Below are positions 39,601 through 52,493 of a DNA stretch of 64,000 bases, in pieces. The stretch covers positions 9,971,918-10,035,917 of the forward strand of contig CM082595.2 in NCBI GenBank assembly GCA_040954595.2. The letters are read 5' to 3'. Numbering within the stretch: the first letter of the stretch is position 1; each line of letters starts with the position of its first letter. The stretch comes from Balanoglossus misakiensis (lineage: Eukaryota; Animalia; Hemichordata). A program made the translations under genes and the position numbers. Under the pieces are notes generated by a model. That model worked only from the letters and a program-made list of their open reading frames with translations, made no database searches and was not told the DNA's origin.

Positions 39601-42600
39601 GTATCTCTACCCGTTTGAAACTAAGAAAAGAATTTATTCTTATTTATTTTGTAAAAAAGACAATTTTTCGAAAAAAAGTCGAAAAATTGCAATTTTGTCT
39701 TGGGTGATTCAAATTATACCGCCTTTTCTGGAATTTGCAGCACTTTTTACAAGAGAACGACACTTCATGCTCCATAATATTTCCGAAAATGAAGAAAAGA
39801 GTTAATTTTTTATGATTTTTCAAAAATGTACCATTTTGTCAAAATATGGCCAAAATGGCTATTTTTTCTTGAATTCCGTCAATATCTCTGCATTTTTGGA
39901 GTGGTCGAAAGTTTTAACATACAATCAACATGTCATATATGATCAGGGCACCAAATTCGAAGAACGAAGGTTTTTTTATTTTATTTTTCTAAAAATGACA
40001 TTTTCAAGGAAAATTTGGTAAAACGCAATTTTGTCTGCAGTGAGCCAAATTAGACGGTCTTTTGTGGAATTTGTATCGATATATATATACGAAGAGCATT
40101 CTATACTCCATCAGATTTCCGAAAATGTAGAAAACAGGTATTTTTTGTAATTTTCAAAAATTTACCATTTTGACCAAATTGTGGTTAAAATTGTTATTTT
40201 CGTGTTGAATGCCGCCAGTGTCACTGCTTTTAAAAGTCATAAAAACTTTTAACATGCAAGCAATTGCTTATATATGATCAGGCCACCGAATTAAAAAAAT
40301 AAAGAATGTTTTGCCTAAAAATGACCTTTTTGGTGCAAAAACGAATAAAACGGAATTTTGTATTAAATCAGCTCATTCAGAGTGCATTTTTTATAATCAG
40401 CACCATTTTTACATATATTGGAAATTTCATACATCATCAGATATCCAAATATGAAAAAATGATTTAGATTTTAGATGATTGTCCAAAATTAGCTGATATC
40501 TAATAAATGTAGTATTGAACCGTTCTGTCCCCCCCCCTACATTATATGCGGTACGCCGATGTCAGCTTACCCGGCAGTACTGCAGGCCGTGCCCCCAAAT
40601 AACGTCGGTGTTTGAAACGCCCTGGTTAAATTCGGGCTTTCTCTATAAATTGACAGGCAATAATGCAGTCCTACCCGAACAAATGTCGAGTGTTGACCCG
40701 CTGTGACTTTCCCTCTTCGGTTTGCCCGACTTAGCCAACGTCTTTGTACTAATGTGTCGGGTCTTTTGCAGAGCCAGGCCGAAGGAAATCCGACTTGATC
40801 ACCGTTGCTAACGAACGCTAGTGTCTGTCATGGTGTGCCGGGGTTTTAGAAGAGCCAGGCCGTAGGAGATCTGACTTGATCATCGTGGTCAATGTACGCG
40901 TGTTTCCGCTCTAAAGTGCCGGGGCTTCAGCTAAACCATGCCGTAGGAAATCCGACGTAATCACCGTTGATAACTTACGCCAGTCTGTGTCATATAGAGC
41001 CGGTGCACCAGCCGAATCACGCCGTTGGAAATCTGACTTGATCAACGTGGTCAATGTACGCCTGTTTCTGCTCTAGAGTGCCGGGGCTTCAGCTGCGCCA
41101 GGCCGTAGGAAACCCGACGTGATTACCGTTGTTAACTTACGCCAGTCTGTGTCCTATATATAGTGCCGGGGCATCAGCCGTGCCAGGCCGAAGGAAATGT
41201 GAGTAGATCAACGTGGTCTCTGTACGCGTGTTTCTGCTCTAGAGTGCCAGGGCTTTAGCCAAGCCATGCCGAAGGAAATCTGACTTGATCAACGTTGCTA
41301 ACGAACGCTAGTGTCTGTCATAGTGTGCCGGGGTTTTAGTCGAGCCAAGCCGTAGGAGATCAGACTTGATCAACGTGGTCTCTGTACGTGTGTTTCTGCT
41401 CTAGAGTGCCGGGGCTTTATCCGAGCTATGCCGTAGAAAATCTGACTTGATCACCGTTGCTAACGTACGCTAGTGTCTGTCATATTGTGACGGAGATTTA
41501 GCCGAGCCAGGCCGTAGAAAAATCGACTTGTTCAACGTTACCAGTGTGCAACTGTTTCTGCTCTAGAGTGTCAGGGTTTTAGCCGACTTATGCTGTAGGA
41601 AATCTGAGTTGATGAACGGGAATTCAATGTTAGAAAACCCGTGTGGAAAGTATCTCTACCCGTTTGAAACTAAGAAAAGAATTTATTCTTATTTATTTTG
41701 TAAAAAAGACAATTTTTCGAAAAAAAGTCGAAAAATTGCAATTTTGTCATGGGTGATTCAAATTATACCGCCTTTTCTGGAATTTGCAGCACTTTTTACA
41801 AGAGAACGACACTTCATGCTCCATAATATTTCTGAAAATGAAAAAAAGAGTTAATTTTTTATGATTTTTCAAAAATGTACCATTTTGTCAAAATATGGCC
41901 AAAATGGCTATTTTTTCTTGAATTCCGTCAATATCTCTGCATTTTTGGAGTGGTCGAAAGTTTTAACATACAATCAACATGTCATATATGATCAGGGCAC
42001 CACATTTGAAGAACAAAGGTTTTTTTATTTTTTTTTCTAAAAATGACATTTTCAAGGAAAATTTGGTAAAACGCAATTTTGTCTGCAGTGAGCCAAATTA
42101 GACGGTCTTTTGTGGAATTTGTATCGATATATACATACGAAGAGCATTCTATACTCCATCAGATTTCCAAAAATGTAGAAAACAGGTATTTTTTGTAATT
42201 TTCAAAAATTTACCATTTTGACCAAATTGTGGCTAAAATTGTTATTTTCGTGTTGAATGCCGCCAGTGTCACTGCTTTTAAAAGTCATAAAAACTTTTAA
42301 CATACAAGCAATTGTTTATATATGATCAGGTCACAGAATTAAAAAAATTAAGAATTTTTTGCCTAAAAATGACCTTTTTGGTGCAAAAACGAATAAAACG
42401 CAATTTTGTATTAAATCAGCTCATTCAGAGTGCATTTTTATAATCAGCACCATTTTTACATATAATGGAAATTTCATACATCATCAGATATCCAAATATG
42501 AAAAGATGATTTAGATTTTAGATGATTGTCCAAAATTAGCTGATATCTGATAAATGTAGTATTGAACCGTTCTGTTTCTCCCCCCCCCCCCTACATTATA

Positions 42601-43866
42601 TGCGGTACGCCGATGTCACCTTACCCGGCAGTACTGCAGGCCGTGCCCCCAACTAACGTCGGTGTTTGAAGCGCCCTGGTTTAATTCGGGCTTTCTCTAT
42701 AAATTAACAGGCAATAATGCAGTCCTACCCGAACAAATGTCGAGTGTTGACCCGCTGTGACTTTCCCTCTTCGGTTTGCCCGACTTAGCCAACGTCTTTG
42801 TACTAGAGGGTCGGGTCTTTTGCCGAGCCAGGCCGAAGGAAATCCGACTTGATCACCGTTGCTAACGAACGCTAGTGTCTGTCATGGTGTGCCGGGGTTT
42901 TAGTCGAACCAGGCCGTAGGAAATCTGACTTGATCAACGTGGTCAATGTACGCCTGTTTCTGCTCTAGAGTGCCGGGGCTTCAGCTGATCCAGGCCGTAG
43001 GAAACCCGACGTGATTACCGTTGTTAACTTACGCCAGTCTGTGTCCTATATATAGTGCGGGGCATCAGCCGTGCCAGGCCTAAGGAAATGTGAGTAGATC
43101 AATGTGGTCTCTGTACGCGTGTTTCTGCTCTAGAATGCCAGGGCTTTAGCCAAGCCATGCCGTAGGAAATCTGACTTGATCAACGTTGCTAACGAACGCT
43201 AGTGTCTGTCATAGTGTGCCGGGGTTTTAGTCGAGCCAAGCCGTAGGAGATCTGACTTGATCATCGTGGTCAATGTACGCGTGTTTCCGCTCTAAAGTGC
43301 CGGGGCTTGAGCTAAACCAGGCCGTAGGAAATCCGACGTAATCACCGTTGATAACTTACGCCAGTCTGTGTCATATAGAGCCGGTGCACCAGCGGAGTCA
43401 CGCCGTAGGACATCTGACTTGATCAACGTGGTCAATGTACGCCTGTTTCTGCTCTAGAGTGCCGGGGCTTCAGCTGAGCCAGGCCGTAGGAAACCCGACG
43501 TGATTACCGTTGTTAACTTACGCCAGTCTGTGTCCTATATATAGTGCCGGGGCATCAGCTGTGCCAGGCCGAAGGAAATGGGAGTAGATCAACGTGGTCT
43601 CTGTACGCGTGTTTCTGCTCTAGAGTGCCAGGGCTTTAGCCAAGCCATGCCGTAGGAAATCTGACTTGATCAACGTTGCTAACGAACGCTAGTGTCTGTC
43701 ATAGTGTGCCGGGGTTTTAGTCGAGCCAAGCCGTAGGAGATCAGACTTGATCAACGTGGTCTCTGTACGCGTGTTTCTGCTCTAGAGTGCCGGGGCTTTA
43801 TCCCAGCCATGCCGTAGAAAATCTGACTTGATCACCGTTGCTAACGTGCGCTAGTGTCTGTCATAT

Positions 43867-45292
43867 TAGTCCTGTTTCATAAGTCAGGTCCATGACATAT
43901 GTACCTACATCTGTGATTGGTCCATCTGGTAATCTTAGGTCCACTTGCGGCACGCTGATTGGAGGGACCTTATGTGTTAGGTCTTATTATTATGTATTAT
44001 TCACTAGACCTTGTAGGTTAGGTCTTATTAATATGTATTTATTCAATTTTCAGCTCCCTGATTGGTTAATGTGTAGGTCTCCAGTTTTCACTGCCTCGTT
44101 ATGCAAAGTTTTTTGTACTTTCTGAATACTGTTGTCGTATTAGTCCTGTTTCAAAATGACCTACATTACAGGTCCTATGCACACGTATTACATGTTCTGA
44201 TTGGTTTATCCGCTTCTCTAAGGTCCACTTGCGGCTCGCTGATTGGAGGGACCTTATGTGTTAGGTCTTATTACTATGTATTATTCACCAGACCTTGTAT
44301 AATGATTGGATTTCACCTTTTCCTTCACTATTCATGGCATTTTATGTGATACTGTGAACTAGATACTCGAAATAAAAATTGCCAGGAGAAATTTCGTATT
44401 TTATTTCCAGTGGCGGTTTGTTGAAATGGGCTAGTGTTTTGTTACGTAATGCCTTTCAGCGCATCACTTCGTGTAACACCTGGCTGAATACGAAGTGTGT
44501 GCTATTCATTCGAGCAAACCAAAAATATCTTACAATGGAAATGTTTAGAATAACATTACTTCTTTCACGAAGCTGCACCGTCATAGTTCAATTTTTATGA
44601 AAACAATATACGAATGTATAAACGGACAACGTGCTCCTTATCACAACATCTTCGTCAAAACAAATTTACTTTAAAATAGTAAAACAACAATAATAATATT
44701 GATGATGAGAAGTAGGAGGGTGATTAAAAAAATATACAACTGTTAGCAAAAATGCTTAGATGAGTTAATCAGATTTTCAAAGTCCATCTAAAAATCATTT
44801 AATTTTTCCACGGTGCGGTTTATGTTGGAGATAGTATCAGTCAGGCAATTTCTCAGAAAATCAATGAATGATCTGCGGACATCCCGAATAATGTGTTACC
44901 ACAACGCTAGCCAGGAAGCACATGGGACATTTCACAATGAGGCAGTGAACACTGGGGGGACCAGACTGACACGTTAACCAATCAGGGAGCTGTATGGTGA
45001 ATAAATACATATTAATAAGACATAACCTACAAGGTCCTGTATAATGAGACAGTGAACACATGGGGGACCAGACTGACACGTTAACCAATCAGGGAGCTGT
45101 AAAGTGAATAATGCATAGTAATAAGACCTAACCTACAAGGTCTAATGAATAATACATAGTAATAGGACCTAACCTACAAGGTCCCTCCAATCAGCGTGCC
45201 GCAAGTGGACCTTAGAGAAGCGGATAAACCAATCAGAACATGCAATACATGTGTATAGGACGTGTAATGTAGGTCATTTTGAAACAGGACTA
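43867..45292. mobile_element. Non-autonomous DNA transposon / MITE-like element with long TIRs, 1426 bp, left end duplicated
   Basis: Interrupts the satellite at gtcatat|tgtgacgg. Ends are tagtcctgtttca...tgaaacaggacta. 45130-45292 is the inverted copy of 44141-44300, and a more diverged left-end copy lies at 43867-44140. No transposase-like ORF and no clean TSD. Confidence 0.85.
44943..45145 (+). repeat. ~107-bp subterminal direct repeat within TIR element
   Basis: cagtgaacac..gggggaccagactgacacgttaaccaatcagggagctgta..gtgaataa...acctacaaggtc occurs at 44943 and 45050. Confidence 0.85.
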
Positions 45293-48200
45293 GTGTGACG
45301 GAGATTTAGCCGAGCCAGGCCGTAGAAAAATCGACTTGTTCAACGTTACCATTGTGCAACTGTTTCTGCTCTAGAGTGTCAGGGTTTTAGCCGACTTATG
45401 CTGTAGGAAATCTGAGTTGATGAATGGGAATTCAATGTTAAAAAACCTGTGTGGAAAGTGTCTCTACCCTTTTGAAACTAAGAAAATAATTTATTCTTAT
45501 TTATTTTGTAAAAAAGACAATTTTTCGAAAAAAAGTAGAAAAATTGCAATTTTGTCTTGGGTGATTCAAATTATACCGCCTTTTCTGGAATTTGCAGCAC
45601 TTTTTACAAGAGAACGACACTTCATGCTCCATAATATTTCCGAAAATGAAGAAAAGAGTTAATTTTTTATGATTTTTCAAAAAATTACCATTTTTCTCAA
45701 AATATGGCCAAAATGGCTATTTTTCTTGAATTCCGTCAATATCTCTGCATTTTTGGAGTGGTCGAGAGTTTTAACATACAATCAACATGTCATATATGAT
45801 CAGGGCACCAAATTCGAAGAACAAAGGTTTTTTTATTTTTTTTTCTAAAAATGACATTTTCAAGGAAAATTTGGTAAAACGCAATTTTGTCTGCAGTGAG
45901 CCAAATTAGACGGTCTTTTGTGGAATTTGTATCGATATATACATACGAAGAGCATTCTATACTCCATCAGATTTCCGAAAATGTAGAAAACAGGTATTTT
46001 TGTAATTTTCAAAAATTTACCATTTTGACCAAATTGTGGCTAAAATTGTTATTTTCGTGATGAATGCCGCCAGTGTCACTGCTTTTAAAAGTCATAAAAA
46101 CGTTTAACATACAAGAAATTGTTTATATATGATCAGGTCACCGAATTAAAAATATAAAGAATGTTTTGCCTAAAAATGACCTTTTTGGTGCAAAAACGAA
46201 TAAAACGCAATTTTGTATTAAATCAGTTCATTCAGAGTGCATGTTTTATAATAAGCACCATTTTTACATATAATGGAAATTTCATACATCATCAGATATC
46301 CAAATATGAAAAAATGATTTAGATTTTAGATGATTGTCCAAAATTAGCTGATATCTAATAAATGTAGTATTGAACCGTTCTGTCCCCCCCCCCCTTACAT
46401 TATATGCGGTACGCCGATGTCAGCTTACCCGGCAGTACTGTAGGCCGTGCCCCCAACAAACGTCGGTGTTTGAAACGCCCTGGTTAAATTCGGGCTCTCT
46501 CTATAAATCGACAGGCAATAATGCAGTCCTACCGGAACAAATGTCGAGTGTTGACCCGCTGCGACTTTCCCTCTTCGGTTTGCCCAACTTAGCCAACGTC
46601 TTTGTACTAGAGTGTCGGGTCTTTTGCAGAGCCAGGCCGAAGGAAATCCGACTTGATCACCGTTGCTAACGAACGCTAGTGTCTGTCATGGTGTGCCGGG
46701 GTATTAGTCGAGCCAGGCCGTAGGAGATCTGACTTGATCATCGTGGTCAATGTACGCGTGTTTCCGCTCTAAAGTGCCGGGGCTTCAGCTAAACCAGGCC
46801 GTAGGAAATCCGACGTAATCACCGTTGATAACTTACGCCAGTCTGTGTCATATAGAGCCGGTGCACCAGCCGAGTCACGCCGTAGGAAATCTGACTTGAT
46901 CAACGTGGTCAATGTACGCCTGTTTCTGCTCTAGAGTGCCGGGGCTTCAGCTGAGCCAGGCCGTAGGAAACCCGACGTGATTACCGTTGTTAACTTACGC
47001 CAGTTTGTGTCCTATATATAGTGCCGGGGCATCAGCCGTGCCAGGCCGAAGGAAATGTGAGTAGATCAACGTGGTCTCTGTACGCGTGTTTCTGCTCTAG
47101 AGTGCCAGGGCTTTAGCCAAGCCATGCCGTAGGAAATCTGACTTGATCAACGCTGCTAACGAACGCTAGTGTCTGTCATAGTGTGCCGGGGTTTTAGTCG
47201 AGCCAAGCCGTAGGAGATCAGACTTGATCAACGTGGTCTCTGTACGCGTGTTTCTGCTCTAGAGTGCCGGGGCTTTATCCAACCCATGCCGTAGAAAATC
47301 TGACTTGATCACCGTTGCTAACGTACGCTAGTGTCTGTCATATTGTGACGGAGATTTAGCCGAGCCAGGCCGTAGAAAAATCGACTTGTTCAACGTTACC
47401 AGTGTGCAACTGTTTCTGCTCTAGAGTGTCAGGGTTTTAGCCGACTTATGCTGTAGGAAATCTGAGTTGATGAACGGGAATTCAATGTTAGAAAACCCGT
47501 GTGGAAAGTATCTCTACCCGTTTGAAACTAAGAAAAGAATTTATTCTTATTTATTTTGTAAAAAAGACAATTTTTCGAAAAAAAAGTCGAAAAATTGCAA
47601 TTTTGTCTTGGGTGATTCAAATTATACCGCCTTTTCTGGAATTTGCAGCACTTTTTACAAGAGAACGACACTTCATGCTCCATAATATTTCCGAAAATGA
47701 AGAAAAGAGTTAATTTTTTATGATTTTTCAAAAATTTACCATTTTTGTCACAATATGGCCAAAATGGCTATTTTTCTTGAATTCCATCAATATCTCAGCA
47801 TTTTTGGAGTAGTCGAGAGTTTTAACATACAATCAACATGTCATATATGATCAGGGCACCAAATTCGAAGAACAAAGGTTTTTTTTTTTTTTTTTTTCTA
47901 AAAATGACATTTTCAAGGAAAATTTGGTAAAACGCAATTTTGTCTGCAGTGAGCCAAATTAGACGGTCTTTTGTGGAAATTGTATCGATATATACATACG
48001 AAGAGCATTCTACACTCCATCAGATTTCCGAAAATGTAGAAAACAGGTATTTTTTGTAAATTTCAAAAATTTACCATTTTGACTAAATTGTGGCTAAAAT
48101 TGTTATTTTCGTGATGAATGCCGCCAGTGTCACTGCTTTTAAAAGTCATTAAAACGTTTAACATACAAGCAATTGTTTATATATGATCAGGTCACCGAAT

Positions 48201-51200
48201 TAAAAAAATAAAGAATGTTTTGCCTAAAAATGACCTTTTTGGTGCAAAAACGAATAAAACGCAATCTTGTATTAAATCAGTTCATTCAGAGTGCATGTTT
48301 TATAATAAGCACCAATTTTACATATAATGGAAATTTCATACAAAAAATCATCAGATATCCAAATATGAAAAAATGATTTAGATTTTAGATGATTGTCCAA
48401 AATTAGCTGATATCTAATAAATGTAGTATTGAACCGTTCTGCCCCCCCCCCCCCCCCCCTTACATTATATGCGGTACGCCGATGTCAGCTTACCCGGCAG
48501 TACTGTAGGCCGTGCCCCCAACAAACGTCGGTGTTTGAAACGCCCTGGTTAAATTCGGGCTCTCTCTATAAATCGACAGGCAATAATGCAGTCCTACCGG
48601 AACAAATGTCAAGTGTTGAACCGCTGTGACTTTCCCTGTTCGGTTTGCCCGACTTAGCCAACGTCTTTGTACTAGAGTTTCGGGTCTTTTGCAGAGCCAG
48701 GCCGAAGGAAATCCGACTTGATCACCGTTGCTAACGAACGCTAGTGTCTGTCATGGTGTGCCGGGGTTTTAGTCGAGCCAGGCCGTAGGAGATCTGACTT
48801 GATCATCGTGGTCAATGTACGCGTGTTTCCGCTCTAAAGTGCCGGGGCTTCAGCTAAACCAGGCCGTAGGAAATCCGACGTAATCACCGTTGATAACTTA
48901 CGCCAGTCTGTGTCATATAGAGCCGGTGCACCAGCCGAGTCACGCCGTAGGAAATCTGACTTGATCAACGTGGTCAATGTACGCCTGTTTCTGCTCTAGA
49001 GTGCCGGGGCTTCAGCTGAGCCAGGCCGTAAGAAAACCCGACGTGATTACCGTTGTTAACTTACGCCAGTCTGTGTCCTATATATAGTGCCGGGGCATCA
49101 GCCGTGCCAGGCCGAAGGAAATGTGAGAAGATCAACGTGGTCTCTGTACGCGTGTTTCTGCTCTAGAGTGCCAGGGCTTTAGTTAAGCCATGCCGTAGGA
49201 AATCTGACTTGATCAAAGTTGCTAACGAACGCTAGTGTCTGTCATAGTGTGCCGGGGTTTTAGTCGAGCCAAGCCGTAGGAGATCAGACTTGATCAACGT
49301 GGTCTCTGTACGCGTGTTTCTGCTCTAGAGTGCCGGGGCTTTATCCAAGCCATGCCGTAGAAAATCTGACTTGATCACCGTTGCTAACGTACGCTAGTGT
49401 CTGTCATATTGTGACGGAGATTTAGCCGAGCCAGGTCGTAGAAAAATCGACTTGTTCAACGTTACCAGTGTGCAACTGTTTCTGCTCTAGAGTGTCAGGG
49501 TTTTAGCCGACTTATGCTGTAGGAAATCTGAGTTGATGAACGGGAATTCAATGTTAGAAAACCCGTGTGGAAAGTATCTCTACCCGTTTGAAACTAAGAA
49601 AAGAATTTATTCTTATTTATTTTGTAAAAAAAGACAATTTTTCGAAAAAAAGTTGAAAATGGTAATTTTGTCTTGGGTGATTCAAATTATACCGCCTTTT
49701 CTGGAATTTGCAGCACTTTTTGCAAGAGAACGACACTTCATGCTCCATAATATTTCCGAAAATGAAGAAAAGAGTTAATTTTTTATGATTTTTCAAAAAT
49801 TTACCATTTTTGTCAAAATATGGCCAAAATGGCTATTTTTCTTGAATTCCGTCAATATCTCTGCATTTTTGGAGTGGTCGAGAGTTTTAACATACAATCA
49901 ACATGTCATATATGATCAGGGCACCAAATTCGAAGAACAAAGGTTTTTTTATTTTTTTTTCTAAAAATGACATTTTCAAGGAAAATTTGGTAAAACGCAA
50001 TTTTGTCTGCAGTGAGCCAAATTAGACGGTCTTTTGTGGAATTTGTATCGATATATACATACGAAGAGCATTCTATACTCCATCAGATTTCCGAAAATGT
50101 AGAAAACAGGTATTTTTTGTAATTTTCAAAAATTTACCATTTTGACCAAATTGTGGCTAAAATTGTTATTTTCGTGATGAATGCCGCCAGTGTCACTGCT
50201 TTTAAAAGTCATAAAAACTTTTAACATACAAGCAATTGTTTATATATGATCAGGTCACCGAATTAAAAATATAAAGAATGTTTTGCCTAAAAATGACCTT
50301 TTTGGCGCAAAAACGAATAAAACGCAATCTTGTATTAAATCAGTTCATTCAGAGTGCATGTTTTATAATAAGCACCATTTTTACATATAATGGAAATTTC
50401 ATACATCATCAGATATCCAAATATGAAAAAATGATTTAGATTTTAGATGATTGTCCAAAATTAGCTGATATCTAATAAATGTAGTATTGAACCGTTCTGT
50501 CCCCCCCCCCCTTACATTATATGCGGTACGCCGATGTCAGCTTACCCGGCAGTACTGCAGGCCGTGCCCCCAACTAACGTCGGTGTTTGGAACGCCCTGG
50601 TTAAATTCGGGCTTTCTCTATAAATTGACAGGCAATAATGCAGTCCTACCCGACCAAATGTCGAGTGTTGACCCGCTGTGACTTTCCCTCTTCGGTTTGC
50701 CCGACTTAGCCAACGTCTTTGTACTAGAGTGTCGGGTCTTTTGCAGAGCCAGGCCGAAGGAAATCCGACTTGATCACCGTTGCTAACGAACGCTAGTGTC
50801 TGTCATGGTGTGCCGGGGTTTTAGTCGAGCCAAGCCGTAGGAGATCTGACTTGATCATCGTGGTCAATGTACGCGTGTTTCCGCTCTAAAGTGCCGGGGC
50901 TTCAGCTAAACCAGGCCGTAGGAAATCCGACGTAATCACCGTTGATAACTTACGCCAGTCTGTGTCATATAGAGCCGGTGCACCAGCCGAGTCACGCCGA
51001 AGGAAATCTGACTTGATCAACGTGGTCAATGTACGCGTGTTTCCGCTCTAAAGTGCCGGGGCTTCAGCTAAACCAGGCCGTAGGAAATCCGACGTAATCA
51101 CCGTTGTTAACTTACGCCAGTCTGTGTCCTATATATAGTGCCGGGGCATCAGCCGTGCCAGGCCGATGGAAATGTGAGTAGATCAACGTGGTCTCTGTAC

Positions 51201-51496
51201 GCGTGTTTCTGCTCTAGAGTGTCAGGGCTTTAGCAAAGCCATGCCGTAGGAAATCTGACTTGATCAACGTTGCTAACGAACGCTAGTGTCTGTCATAGTG
51301 TGCCGGGGTTTTAGTCGAGCCAAGCCGTAGGAGATCAGACTTGATCAACGTGGTCTCTGTACGCGTGTTTCTGCTCTAGAGTGCCGGGGCTTTATCCAAC
51401 CCATGCCGTTGAAAATCTGACTTGATCACCGTTGCTAACGTACGCTAGTGTCTGTCATATTGTGACGAGATTTAGCCGAGCCAGGCCGTAGAAAAA

Positions 51497-52493
51497 TCGG
51501 GTTTCCTACGGCCTGGCTCAGCTGAAGCCCCGGCTCTCTAGAGCAGAAACAGGCGTACATTGACCACGTTGATCAAGTAAGATTTCCTACGGCGTGACTC
51601 GGCTGGTACACCGGCTCTATATGACACAGACTGGCGTAAGTTATCAACGGTGATTACGTCGGATTTCCTACGGCCTGGTTTAGCTGAAGCCCCGGCACTT
51701 TAGAGCGGAAACACGCGTACATTGACCACGATGATCAAGTCAGATCTCCTACGGCCTGGCTCGACTAAAACCCCGGCACACCATGACAGACACTAGCGTT
51801 CGTTAGCAACAGTGATCAAGTCGGATTTCCTTCGGCCTGGCTCTGCAAAAGACCCGACACTCTAGTACAAAGACGTTGGCTAAGTCGGGCAAACCGAAGA
51901 GGGAAAGTCACAGCGGGTCAAAACTCGACATTTGTTCCGGTAGGACTACATTATTGCCTGTCAATTTATAGAGAAAGCCCGAATTTAACCAGGGCGTTTC
52001 AAACACCGACGTTAGTTGTGGGCACGGCCTGCAGTACTGATGGGTAAGCTGACATCGGCGTACCGCATGTAATGTAGGGGGGGGGGGGGACAGAACGGTT
52101 CAATACTACATTTATTAGATATCAGCTACTTTTGGACAATCATCTAAAATCTAAATCATTTTTTCATATTTGGATATCTGATGATGTATGAAATTTCCAT
52201 TATATGTAAAAATGGTGCTGATTATAAAAAATGCATTCTGAATGAGCTGATTTAATACAAAATTGCGTTTTATTCGTTTTTGCACCAAAAAGGTCATTTT
52301 TAGTCAAAACATTCTTTATTTTTTTAATACGGTGACCTTATCATATATAAACAATTGCTTGTATGTTAAAAGTTTTTATGACTATTAAAAGCAGTGACAC
52401 TGGCGGCATTCAACACGAAAATAACAATTTTAGCCACAATTCGGTCAAAATGGTAAATTTTTGAAAATTACAAAAAATACCTGTTTTCTACAT
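51497..52493 (+). repeat. ~1-kb forward-oriented island in the reverse block
   Basis: Starts tcgggtttcctacggcc, contains the poly-G at 52077, and ends ctgttttctacat. Confidence 0.96.

Larger units (their letters stand above)
36676..51499 (-). repeat. Satellite block, reverse orientation (~6-7 units, with TIR-element insertion)
   Basis: Poly-C landmarks at ~38481, 40529, 42580, 46383, 48441 and 50501. Confidence 0.97.

Noticed and set aside
43892-45088. Four 73-82-aa ORFs inside the TIR element as transposase remnants
   Set aside because: Three lie in terminal or subterminal repeats, and none shows a recognisable DDE or DNA-binding motif.
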